A DNA stretch of 64,000 nt, taken from the human T2T-CHM13v2.0 reference genome, Homo sapiens. Position 1 is the stretch's first letter, and the number at the start of each line of letters is the position of its first letter. Of this stretch, positions 23,211 through 39,270 are shown one piece after another. The translations under genes and the position numbers were made by a program. The notes below the pieces were generated by a model. The model was not told the origin of the DNA. It did not search any database and saw only the letters and a list, made by a program, of their open reading frames with translations. The stretch lies in assembly GCF_009914755.1 (NCBI RefSeq), contig NC_060934.1. One strand, 5' to 3'.

Positions 23211-23294
23211 CATATTCATGTTCTGTCATATTCATGTTCTGTATGGTCATATCTTGCGTAGGGTCACCATTTAACCCACTACACAGGCCTATCC
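23211..23294 (+). repeat. Exact local copy of 22083-22154 with a 16-bp stutter
   Basis: 23223-23294 is identical to 22083-22154 (72 bp, offset 1140); catattcatgttctgt occurs twice at 23211-23242. Confidence 0.95.
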
Positions 23295-24189
23295 TCAGCA
23301 TGACACACAGTTTACCATTGCTTATCCTACTCTAGTCTGTCTCCAGAACGGGGCACATGCTCTGCCTAGATGGACCCTAGGTCATTCTGGTCTCTGGACT
23401 ACCTGAGCCTGGAAATGTCTCATCTTTCTATCCAGCTAAATCTCAACCACCATAGAATACACCCAGCATAGATGTGGTTCCCCACCATGACTTTCTTTTG
23501 TTGAGTTCAGCTCAATTCTTATCACCTTTATTTACTTCTTCCAGTATTTGTTTGCTATACTACCTGTATGCTTGCTATCACCATTTAAGCTTTCTCATCT
23601 TTTATCATGTGAGATACAGAGCAATATAGCAGAAAGGACACAGATCTTGAAGTTGGATATCCTAAGTTCTACTTGCAACTCTTCTCATATAATCTGGCTT
23701 ACTTAGGCCAGTAATGCAGTCAACCTGGGCACATTTTCTTTTTGTAAAATAGCAGTCAGTACTGAAAAGAATCGACATCTGCCCTGCCCACCTTATCAGG
23801 TCATTATATGTATCAAATGAGATACACTATTATGTAATGAATTTAATATACAAGCTTAAGCTGCCACAATGAGTTAAATATGAAGGCAATTCCCTGATTT
23901 CTCTCTTTACTTATAGTTACATTCCTTTAATGACAGTGGCGCACCCAACACCAGCATCTGTGAGTGTTGGGTGCTAATGTTTCACAGCTCCTGCCCCAGA
24001 ATAGTCCCCATCGCTCCTGCAAGTAACCCCAACTCCTTGACAGGGCAAGTCTGCAGCATAATTCATGCTCCAGAGTTCCTTGCCAAACAAGTCAAAACTG
24101 AATTCAACCTGGGACTACATCCTTGTTCCGCTCTTTTTCCCCTCCATCCTTCTCTCTTTCCCTTACACCACTCTCTTAATAAGTGCCCT

Positions 24190-24495
<306 letters not shown>

Positions 24496-25340
24496 AATAA
24501 GTGCCCTACATGCCCCAAATCACTGTGTCAGGCTGTGCTTCTAGGAAGCTTGACATAAGGCACCATCCTGCAGTGGTCAGACCACAAAACAAGGATCCCT
24601 CCTTCATCCCTGTGATTCAGAGTGTCTTTACAGACTGAAGAGATATAGGACAATGTAAGAGATATAGACAGCTTCCCCCTCCTCACTGTAATAATCTGAA
24701 GAAACAAGAAAGGCAGCTCCCGCAACCACCCACAAACACGAACAGCTGAGTTTCACAGTGCGCATCTCCAGCAACGAGCCAGAGCAGAGGACTCTGCAAG
24801 CCTAGGGATAGGCAGGGGTTCTTGCAGCTCATGAGATACAGAGACATGGATACCCCTGCCAAGGCCAGAACACCATGGCATGCCACAGCAATGGGCAGCT
24901 CTCACCCCTCCAGGAATTTTCTTCCATGGCTGCTGAGCTCCCAAACTCAACAATGATCGTCATCCGCGCAAGCTTAGCTTTCTTGAAAGTGGTTGTTTAG
25001 TGGGAACATCTGGTGTGTGAATGGAAGGCCTATTTTTTTTTCTCTTTCTTCCCTCCAGTCAACACTAAAGTGAATACTTTCGAAAGCTGTCCTGCTTCCC
25101 TCCCAGAGATGGGAGAGCTGCTTCATTATTTAACTCTGTGTTTCCATCACGGCACAAACTATTTTTGTGCAGCCCTTGGCAGCCTGGAGGGGATATAAGC
25201 CACAGCTTGTGAGACTTTCTGGATAATTAAAAGTTTCCAACATCTTTGTTTACCAAAGAAAACACTGACATATTACCTTGTTCAGTTACATATAATTATG
25301 ACCAGCTCACCATTTTCAACAATTGCTGTAAGTATTGTAG

Positions 25341-25700
25341 ACCTTCCTTTCTTCCTCCCTCCCTCCCTCCCTCCTTTCTTTCTCTTTCCCTTTCTTTCTT
25401 TCTTCCTTTCCTTTCTTTCTTTCTCTTTCTTTTTTCTTTCCTTTCTTCCTCTCTTTCCTTCCTCCCTCCCTCCTTCTTTTTCTTTCTTTCTTTTTCTCTT
25501 TCTTTCTCTCCTTCCTTCCTTCCATCCTTCCTTCCTTCTTTTTTTCTCTCCCTTTCTCTTTCTCACTTTCTCTCTCTTTCTCCCCTTCTTTCTTTCTTTC
25601 TTTTCTTTCTTCTTTCTTTCTTTCTTTCTCTCTCCTTCCTTCCTTCTTTCCTTCCTTCCTTCCCTTCCTCTCTTCCTCCCTCCTTCTTTCTTCATTTTTT
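25341..25700. repeat. Polypyrimidine low-complexity tract (CCTT/CTTT/CT)
   Basis: About 360 bp almost devoid of purines. Confidence 0.97.
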
Positions 25701-26104
25701 TGCTGTAATAGGCCTGAATATTAGTTAATATTTACACATACATATTTTTATTTTTATGTGTGATGAGATAAGGACATTGAATATCTACTCATGCATTATC
25801 CTTTATTTGATTAAATTCCACATTTTCTAGGTTGTTCTATGCAACTGTTCTCCCCAAAGAGAACAGCTACTCTGAGGGTGATGAGTGAAAGTGTAACTTA
25901 CACTGTTGATTATCTTGCTATTGCCAATGATATGAGTTAGTTTGGATAAGAATATGTAAGCATGATGTTTCCTGCATAGTGTCATAATGAAGACCGTGGA
26001 AATACAACTGGACCTAATCCATTACCTCTGGCTGGTGACCTTGGCAAGTTGACTTAACCCCAGTAACCTTTAGGTTTTTTGTTTGTTTGTTTGTTTTTTA
26101 ATCA

Positions 26105-26299
<195 letters not shown>

Positions 26300-28195
26300 T
26301 TATGGTACTATTTAAGGATTATGTGAGATAATTCTTGCATCCTACTTAGCTCCCATTTACCAAATCCTAATCTAGGTGCCTCAAGTCTGTGCATTATTCT
26401 TGCTTATTGGTTTTGGGCCTCTTAATAGGGAACAAAATATGTATTTTTTAAGAATTAGCCATGCCACCTCAAGATACTCCTCTTGAGAAAACCAAGAAAT
26501 AGCATTCAGACTGTGGCCTTGTAGCAGAGAGAAACCAACCAGACTGTCAAATGGGCTAGTAGATCTATACTGTCTGAAGTGGCGAACCAATGATTCTAAA
26601 CACAGATAAGCTGCAGATACTCTGTGGCCAGCTATTTGAGACTGAGCTTCCTTGATTTGCTGATAGAAAATCAGGCTGCCCTTCAATTATTGCAGAAATA
26701 CTCTACCACCAAATTGTGACGTTAGGTGCTGTTTCTAATTTTCCCTTTTTCCCTTTTTCAAGGACACCTTACTTAGCAAACAGATTTTTTTTTTTCTATT
26801 TTCCACTCAGAGAACTGAGGACAGGGAAGATAGGGCCTTATTCTCTATGCATCTGGCATAGAGTAAGTGTTTAGTAAATGCAAATGTAATGTCTGGGATA
26901 AAATCCACGTCAATGTTAAGGAGGGCTCTTTTGTTGTAATAAACTGAAACCTTGAGTAAATTATCTTTATATTTGACATTGTCCTTTATATTTGACATTG
27001 TGCAACTTTCCAGTTCCAAAGTTCCAGTTCTTGTAAGGCTCAGCTGTAGCCTTAAACACTCTATATCTCTCAGGAATCATGTGGTCATCTCTCTACTCTG
27101 ATTTTTTCTTCCTGCCTATCCATATGCTCTCTATTTTTATTTGCACTTCCAGCCCATGCTGGAAGGAGTCAAGCTAAAAGTCCCAGAGTGAAGTTTAAGA
27201 GAGAGGTAATCTGATTATTTCAGCTTGTCTTTGTAAGCCAGCAAGTCCCTCTCCAGATTTTGAGATGACCATCTGTTGAATAGTTGTCCATCCTCAGCTC
27301 AGCTGGCTAAGACCTGGGTAGTAGAACATCATGGTACAGAGTTTGACCACACCCTCTCCATATGCATGCAGATGAGGCCACCCCTCTTGGTTGGGATAGG
27401 ATGGTTACTGCCAAGTAGGCAATGTAATGTCTTTTTCCTCCTCTTCCACAAACTTGCTGCATATTTTATGAATTAGAAATGAGCAGAGAAAACATTCTCT
27501 CTCGGAGCTTATGTTCATGGGGTAAGAGCAGGGCACTCCCTGAGCATGAAATTTAGATTCCCCTCTGAGCAGAAAGCTAGAAAGAAATTCAGCATGTGGG
27601 AAATGAAATTAGCCATCTGTAGAGAAACCTATCCTAAACGATAAGCAGATGAACTTCCAGGTTCAATGATTTGGGAGCCATCAGTCTCAGGGGAGCATGG
27701 TTGCTCAGCAGAGCTAAAGCTGTTGCCTTCTTCATCCTCCATGTGAAAAAGGAATATGCTAACAGAAGGGCATATCCTGCATGAAGAAAAAAAAAATAAG
27801 AATCCACGGGGTGAGGCCTGGAAAAGGAAGATTCAACTTTTTTAAGAAAGGGGTTCCCAGTCAACAGACATGCACTCTCTGGTCCTGTATCCTTGTAATC
27901 TCCAAAACATATCCTATTTACTTCTCACCTTTCTGCATCTGACTTCATTCCCCATCACTCTTGGAAAATGCTTTGTTCAAGTTTATCAAGGATTCATCCC
28001 ATCCCAGCCACCGAAATTCCTGGACACCTTTTAAACTGCGGTTTTAAAAGATTCACGTAGCAAAGTGGAACACTTTCTTCTGGAAATTTATTACACTTTT
28101 CTTGTTAAATTTCTTCCTTATACTTCAAACGTGAGTCATTTAAATCTCTTCCAGGGCTTTTTTCCTCCATTTTTCTCCTCCACTAACCATTGGAG

Positions 28196-28197
28196 TT

Positions 28198-28274
<77 letters not shown>

Positions 28275-28320
28275 TTTCTTTCTTTCTTTCTTCTTTTTTT
28301 TCTTTCTTTCTTTCTTTTTC
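28196..28320. repeat. (TTTC)n tetranucleotide microsatellite
   Basis: Long perfect array with a degenerate tail. Confidence 0.97.
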
Positions 28321-28764
28321 TGTTAAGCTCTTTTCTCAATCCTCTGCTTTTATCACTCTCTCCAAAGCTAGCTTCTCTATCCCAAGACTTTATCCTCTGC
28401 TTTTCTAACAATCCCTAAACTTAAATACAAAATTTAGAAGCCAAGGATGCTAAAATCTTTCTCCTGGTCCACATATCCAGCCCTCTCTGCCTCTACCCCG
28501 TGATGTGCTGGTAAATCTTGTACAACCAGCTGTCATGGGAAGAGGAAAGAAAAGCCCTAGTTTGAAGTTTGTCAATTGCCATGGTGTAAAAATACTGACT
28601 ATGGCTGATACATCAACCAGCTTACAAAATTCCTGAAAATTTAACAACTGGCTCTTCATAGCTGCTGTGAGCCAGCTGTGGCACAGTACTACCTCTCCTA
28701 GAAATGTCCTCTTAGCTAACCCACAGATACCTCAAACTACATAGTCAAGGCTGGACTTCAATGA

Positions 28765-29215
<451 letters not shown>

Positions 29216-29322
29216 TAGCACACTATAACACTATACACATTTATGCAATGGATGAGACATTATGCCCAATATTCCACTATTCTACCTTGTTTTCTGAGCA
29301 TATTTTGTCTTTTAAGTAATAA

Positions 29323-29742
<420 letters not shown>

Positions 29743-31359
29743 TGAACCTAAAAACTGAGAACCACAACTGCACCGTAGGAATTTACCAAGGGCCTATGCA
29801 GCCAGACAACTCCTACTATTGTAATGGCCAATAAAATGTTCCAAGGATAATAGATGTGAACATGTTTGCTGAAGTGCTAAAATATAGGAAAGCATCACCA
29901 TATTCAAACCACTAAAAGAGGCTGGGTAATCTACTGAGGTGCCTGATAGTGTGGAAGGTGCGTGGGTTTGAGATATTTCTAAATTTGTGTTCAAATTCTA
30001 GTTTGGGCAGTTATGAAGCTTGCAGCTTTGGGTGAATTGTTTAACCATTGTTTGGTTAAACTTAACTTGCATTGTGAGGAAAGGAATGATGTATGAAAAA
30101 CAGCTGGTGCATAATAATGGCTCCAAAAGATAGTTTATATTATTAATGATGGAGAGAAAAGTAAATTGTGTTGGTTTCTAGTAGATATAGATTTTAATCT
30201 TAATTCCTACCAAAAGTCCATGAATGACCTGTACATAGTAGGTAGTTATATATTGACTACTCATTGAATAAATGAATGCATGAATAACTGGAAAATAAAG
30301 TACTGAGAAGTTAAATAATCTGTCCTACTCAAGATGCAATGAAATACTTTTCTGGAGAATAAAGATTGTTAGGAAGATGTCATGAGGCTACCACAAACGA
30401 TGTCATATGAGGACCCTTATATCTGAGTTACCTGTTGATCTGGCTGCCAGTGACAGAAAAGAGACTAAATCCTCTTTGTTCCCCAAACTGGCATAGATTC
30501 TGTTAGTAGAGAAAGTGTTGAATCCTCTGCAGCTGACTTTTCTCTATGCCAGGGCCGAAGCACACTGCAGGAGTGATGGAGGCCAGTGTGCATTGCTGTG
30601 CTTTGGGTGCCTCTATCTGGAGTAGACAAATTCTCTTCTGCATTGCCCGTTCCTACATTTCTGCCCAGCCATCTGATATGGCTTCATGAGAGCTCCAAGC
30701 TGGGAAGCTGGCCCTGCAAGGCGGAAACACCAGATAGAAAGACCTCTAAGTGGACCCTGGAATAAAAAATTCAAATGATGTAATTAGAATAATTTTTCTC
30801 CTGTCCCAGATGTGATAAACTCATCTTGCTAACTGAGGCTGGCTAGAAAATTCCTCAGGGGATTTACTTTATCTTTTAAACCAAAGGAATCCTTGAGATT
30901 TGACTATAGCCAACCCTATTGGCCACTACTAACACACTGAAAAGCAGCAGTTGATAACAGCAGGGATCCAGATATAAAGTCATCTAGAATCTTTAGGAAC
31001 TGGGTGTTGAACCATAGAAATCCCCCTGGCTTTGCAGAACCTGGTGCTAGCAAACTAATTATGGCTGAACAACTTATGACAAGGTGGGGGAAGGCAGTCA
31101 GCCACAGCAAAACAGTCCTTTGGAAGGCTGGTTTTCTTCAAATCTTATAAGACAGAGAAGGAAAGTTTCTCTTTCCCTGCAGCATGTCATAGATACACGA
31201 ACTTGGATCATTCTGTGGCAGAATTCTATTTATTTCAGGGTGTTCTTCTGGCTTTTGTGATATTCCTGACACATGAGAAATCAAGCTGTTGGGCCACAGC
31301 CAGGCCACTCTGGCTGGAAGATGTGCTTTGTGGGCCATATAATTGTTTAAAACACTTTA

Positions 31360-33300
<1,941 letters not shown>

Positions 33301-34774
33301 TCATATGTAGCTTCTGTGTAGATTCACGGAGGTCCCTTCTGAATATAATTCCCCTTTTGTTTTTGATATTTGATGCAATAGATTCCAGCCACTTCAGCTG
33401 CCCCCAATTCCGATTTCTGCTTCTTCACCTTGGCATGTCTGCCATGACCTGTTTCATTTCAGCTCTTTGTACCACGGTCAGGAGATTATCTCCATGTAGA
33501 AGGCTGGGCAATTGTGGGTCTCAAATTTTTAGTTTTTCCACTCTCAGGGATCACATTCTTATGCTGTCTGTTGTTCAATGCTGAAAATACTGTCTCATAT
33601 ATTTTATCTAGTCATATAGGTATTTATGATTGGTGAGCTAGTTCATATCAGTTACTCCATCATGGCTGGAAGTGGATATTCTTCCCATAGTTGATTTAAC
33701 CAGATATCTATTAATATTAATACTGTTTTCGATCTTATTTTTTACTTGAAGTGTGGCAATGAAGGTCTTATAAGTATGCCATTTGGCACATATATAAATG
33801 TGTCTGTAAGATAAATACATAGAAACTGAATTGTTAGGAATGAGCACTTTAAAATTTTTAGTAGATTATTGACAAATTACTATACATTTTATAATTCTAT
33901 AATCATCATAAGTGGGTATCTGTTTCCTAGCTCACTACAGCAGTTTTTTTGGTCTTTGCTTAATGGAATGAACAGACAATTCATGGAAAAGGAGAAAAAA
34001 ATTTCTCACCAGTGTTTGAAAAGATGATCTGTCTCATCCATAACACTTACAATACTCTAAAGATACCATTTCTCACATTTACCAGATTAGGAATATCATG
34101 TGAGGCTTTCTTATAAAAGTGAATCTGCAATCTGCATATGGATGCATAAAGAGTAAGCAAAAAATGAAAAAAAAAGAAAGCAAAGTCTAGGCAGATTGAG
34201 GGAATGGAAGTCCCATTTTCCCGTCATTTGCTGCTAATGGTTATCTGAGAGGAACAGTAACCACAGCCAAAGGGTCCTTAAAACTTCTATAGGGTGCTGC
34301 CAAAGTTGGACTACTCACTTCGTACCATTGTTCCTTACTGCCTTGTGTCACTGGCATCGCCATGCACAAATGATGGATTGCCTGAACTGCTTCCACCAAC
34401 ATAAAATCTGCAGAGCAAAAGCAAAACCAAGTCCTGGGCCAAACTCTTAGCACACTTTTAAATTACCCCATTAAATCTTGTGCAGGACTGTGGTGAATTC
34501 ACTCCATTCTTGGCAGCCAGCTGCTAGGAGGAAGAAAACCTGTAGGGATTTAAAAATTGAGTCTTATTTTGGACTGGGGAGTTTGGATTTTTTCCACCTC
34601 CTGGTTTTCAAGTTCCCTCACAGCCATTCTACATGTTAAGTCCAAGAGAATGCAATCAAGTTTAAAGTCATGATTTGGAATGTAGACAGTCATTTAATTA
34701 GATCCTAAATGTAGATATGCTTTGACAAATATCCCTATTTAGATGAGGATGCCCAAATTAAAAAATATATATTT

Positions 34775-34990
34775 TTTAATTTTTATTTTAGGTTCAGAGG
34801 TATATGTGCAGGTTTGTTATATAGATAAGCTTCTATCATGGGGTTTGGTGTACAGATTATTTAATCACCCAAGTATTAAGCCTGGTGCCCATTAGTTATT
34901 TTTCCTGATCCTCTCCCTCCTCCTCCCCTCCACTCTCTGGTAGACCCCAGTGTGTGTTGTTCCTCTGTGTGTCCATGTGCTCTCACATGT
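34775..34990 (-). mobile_element. L1 3'-end fragment (older L1PA)
   Basis: ttttattttaggttcagaggtatatgtgcaggtttgttat ... atcacccaagtattaagcct. Confidence 0.8.
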
Positions 34991-36899
34991 GTCTCATGTC
35001 TTTATATATCAACTGAAATAATAATAGTATATTATAATACATATCTTATATGATTGTTTTAAATTATTTAATTCATTAAATTATTAGTTAATCAAATTAT
35101 TTAATTCATATAGAATATTAATGCTGATGTATTTGTTGGAAAGTATTGTCATGACATTTGTGATCATTATTTTGCTTTTATAACCATGAATAGATGTAGA
35201 ATATAACCTCAGAGAATGGCTGCAAGAACAGAGGGAAGATGCCAGTTTATAGATTAATTAGTAAATTAATCAAAGATTTTGATTAGAAACTATATCCTCA
35301 CTACCTTGTTAGCCTAAGATTCTGAGACCTGTGGAATCTGTGGTCTATTTAAAATTCAATGGATAACGTATGTGAAAGTCCAATAAAAGAGTGAAAGTGT
35401 CGGAAGAATGTTGGTTACTGTTATTATTAATAGTTGACAGTTCCTTTTTTATGCTACACAAGATGTTTGAAATATAAATATCACCATACAATTATCTGGA
35501 TGATTCTGTCTAGACTACACACACATACATATACATGAAAGTGCATATATATAATACAATTATTCGAAGACACTATAGCCTAATGGCCAAGTGCTTTGTT
35601 TTTGAAGTTACACAGTTCTGAGCTTAACTCTTTTCTCTGCCACTTACGAGTAATGTGACCTTGGACAAGTGACTTGACCTTGCAGAACTCCAGATGCACC
35701 ATCTATAAAGCCCTCTAGGATTGTTTTGAGATGTCAATGAGATAAACTATGTCAAGTCCCAGTATATGAAGTCCACAGTGCCTAGCGTGTAGTGTTTTCT
35801 CAGTGAATTTCCCCTGAAATGCTGTTAGCTCTGTGGAGCAGGATCACTATGTGATGGGTTTTATATCAGCGGGGTGATTTATAACCTAGAAATATACACA
35901 GGGGTGGTGCTTAAAACATCTTGCTGGGCAGAAGAATGAAAATGATTGCTTTCTGATAATGCATACTCCAGACTGTAAAATTGTATGAGTTCATGGGTAA
36001 GAGTAAAATGCAAACTAAGGTAGTGAGTGAAGTCTTTCAGAGAAGTTGGAAGAACTAAGGTGAGCCTTCAAGACTGAGAAGGATATGAAGAATTAGAGAA
36101 AAGGAGCAAGAATAATGCAGACAATGCATTTTGCTTTAGGAAGAGAAAATCCAGAAGACTTGAACAACCTTACATCTCTGGCTGTGACATGGCTAAACAG
36201 AGCAAACCAGACATTGTTCAATCATGCCATACTCTCCTACTCCATGCCCACGGAAAAATAAAGTAGGAACAGCAACAGCAAGCCCTACTTAGACATCGCT
36301 CCATGAAAATCTAGCTTCAGAGCTGCTTTACCCTCTTGCAAAAATATCTCCATTGTAATCAAGTCAGAAGCTTGAACCTCATCAAAGATGTTTAGATTGT
36401 GAATGAAATATTGGTGGGCAGAAAGCATATGAAGTAAAGTGGATAAAATCCTGAATGGAATGGCCATCAATGAGTGACTCATCACTCATTGCTTGGAGAC
36501 CTAGTAAATCTCCCACCTCTATTTCAACTTCGTCAACAGCAAAATGGAAAAAAATAATATCTGACTTACCTCCACTGAAAGTCTTTTTAAGTATTCAGGT
36601 GTAAAATCACTTTGGAGAATTAAAACTGTTTGCAATTTTACTTAAAATGATAGTTCAGGGAAGTAGCATTGAGTCATTTAGGGAAGAGAAATAAGAATTG
36701 TTGTGGTTAGCACATTTTACAGGTGATAATGCTGAAGAAGTAGCTGCTTTTGCTCTGTTTCAATGGTATTTTAGATCAATGTGAAGTCCAAAAGGTTGGT
36801 ACAGACTCTGTCGCTATTTCTGGATATTTAATTGTGGAGGGATCCCTTGTGGAAAGCTCAGGTCTCTTTGAAACAACCATGAATAATAACATTAGTAAT

Positions 36900-37410
36900 G
36901 TGGTCAGTATGTAGATTAAAGATGCCCATAATTCTCTGATATTTCTCTCATAAGAGATCGACCTATCTATTCTCTCTCTTTGAATCTGGGCTGGCCTGTG
37001 ACTACTTTAATCAAGCAAATAGAATTATGGTGACATGTGCCTTTTCTAGCTCTAGTATTCAAGAGAACTGGAAGCTTCTGTCTTAGGCTTTTGAAGTCCT
37101 GAGTCTCCAGGTAATAGTTCGACTATGTTGCTGGAGAGACCATCTGCAGAGGCTCAGACATTAGATGAAGAGGGACTCGGCTGAGTCTACCTTTCCATCT
37201 AACTCTGCCAAGGGACTGAGCTTGTAAATAAAGCTAGCAGACACTTCAGTCTGATGCAGCCACCCCAGCTGAACACAACAAAATGACACCAGTCAATATC
37301 AGGTGGAGCAGAAGAATTTCCCAGCTATTTTCATATCCCTTACCAACAGAATTATAAAATGTAATGAAAGGATGATTGTTTTAAGACGTTAAATTTTGGG
37401 ATAGCTTTTT
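36900..37410 (+). mobile_element. Old MLT1 (F/G/H-type) LTR
   Basis: tgaatctgggctggcctgtgact ... gtggagcagaagaa ... ttgtttaagacgttaaattttggg. Confidence 0.6.
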
Positions 37411-39039
37411 TTTTAAAAAAACAGCATATTTCCGTGAGTAAGGTGCATGCATAGAAAGTCACATGGCAGAATTAGGGGAAATGGTGGACAAAAAAGGTCA
37501 ACACACTCACAATTAGTAATGTCGAGCCGTCAATGAAAAGTTTATTGATGAAACTCTAAGTGCAAGGTTGATTCATTAGTACTGAATATCATTTACAATG
37601 ACAAAAGAGATAACATGTTGTATAATTCTAAATTCAACCAATATCCATTTCCAAAAATATTTTACTAAAATTAAACTTGATGTGTCATAGTGTAAGGAGT
37701 ATCTCATGTCTAGATTCTTCTTTCAGAGAAAGCCAGGTGCAGATCTTTAAAAATGCTTAGTACTTAATGTCTGCTAACTTTACCACAACTTGCACCTTGG
37801 AAGCTGTACACATTTTAATTAATTAAGCCTCACAATGCCTCTGTGATGGCAAAAGGAAATAACAAGGAATCATTTTACCCACTACTGAAACGTAGTCACC
37901 TGTTGGGTTGAACACAGCAGCTGTTTAGCAGCTGTAAGGGAATCCTGAACTATCATTCTGGGCAGCCATGCTAAGGAGGATAACGTATCTGATTGAAATT
38001 GCAAAGGAAATTTGAGCAGACAGGATGCAATTACCTGAATTGGAGCCCAGCCAGCTCACCAGGGCTAAGTGGCAAGGAACTCAAGCTGGGGAGCTTACCT
38101 TCTGCATATTTCACAGATTACTGGGGACGTTCAGTGCCCTGTGTGTACAATAATCAGAGGCTGTGGAAGGCTGTCATCCTGAACCTGCATTACATCTCCC
38201 CTGAACACATCTCTTTCTAGAACAATACGGTCATTTGGTTAAAGATATTTGAGAATATAGGCTCATATGGACCTAAACCATGCCTTTAAACCTTAAAACT
38301 GCTCATCCTGACATACTTCAAGGCACAAATATTTTACTGTCTAAAAAAATTATAAGAAAAATGTCATGAAGAGGTGCATAAAACTCGTGTATTCTACACT
38401 GACAATATACTTATAAATGTGAGGATATTTTTTGTAATGGATGAATCTAAACTTGACTTTTATTTTCCATTTTGTTGATGACATTTCTCCACATTTTGTT
38501 CTGGAGGAAACACGGCACTTGACGAAATGTCTCTAATGTCCTTGGAGTGTTTGTATTGAATTCTAGTAGATATGCTTAAGAGTTTCTAAGTAACAGGTTA
38601 GAAATTAAACTATTACCAATTTGTCCTTAAGAAACTAAGAAATATTGCCAACAAAAACATCCCTAGTCAAAATAATCCAATTAAAACACCATCAGCACAC
38701 ACTATGCCCGAGGCCTGTGCTGTGAACAGTGACCAATGAAAAGAGGAATGAGATGTGGCTCCTGTCACTGGTGACTGTGGTGTAGCTGGAGATGGGGACT
38801 TGTACAGATACCTGATGCTCACTTAATGGTCCTCACAGATGCTTACAGTTCCAGCCATCTTTGAAGATGCAATTGAGTGACCATCCCCTCCAAAAGGTCT
38901 TTCCAGATCTTCAACTTTGGATTTAATCTATTTTTCTTCTGTTTCTCTTTATACTTTGTTCCACTTATCGCAGTCTATCTTGATTTAGAGTTAATTGGTT
39001 ACATACATATTTGCTTATCCCCACTATCATTGAAATTCA

Positions 39040-39270
39040 TTTAAAAATGTTTATTATATATTGACAAATTGTAGTTGTAGATATTTGTGGCATACAAAGT
39101 GTTGTTAGGATTTTTTTAATATAATGTGGAATGATTAAGCTAATTAAAATATTTATCACGTCAAATATGTAACTTTTTTGGTGATGAGAACATTAGAAAT
39201 ATATTCTCTTAGCAGTACTGAAATGTACAGTACTCAATTATTTTTATTCAGCATGCTGCACTATGCATTT
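39040..39270 (-). mobile_element. L1MA 3'-end fragment
   Basis: atgtggaatgattaa ... gtgatgagaacattagaaatatattctcttagca. Confidence 0.7.

Noticed and set aside
22042-23335. Two ORFs sharing the peptide IGLCSGLNGDPTQDMTIQNMNMT
   Set aside because: Consequence of the 72-bp DNA duplication, not a protein family or CRISPR-like array
23941-23974. 11-bp perfect inverted repeat gcacccaacac / gtgttgggtgc
   Set aside because: Too short to separate from chance or a decayed MITE
25246-25728. Overlapping F/L/S-rich and K/E/R-rich ORFs (also 28065-28418 and 44117-44404)
   Set aside because: Artefacts of stop-free CT/GA simple repeats
26965-27001. Tandem duplication of ctttatatttgacattgt
   Set aside because: Ordinary short slippage duplication
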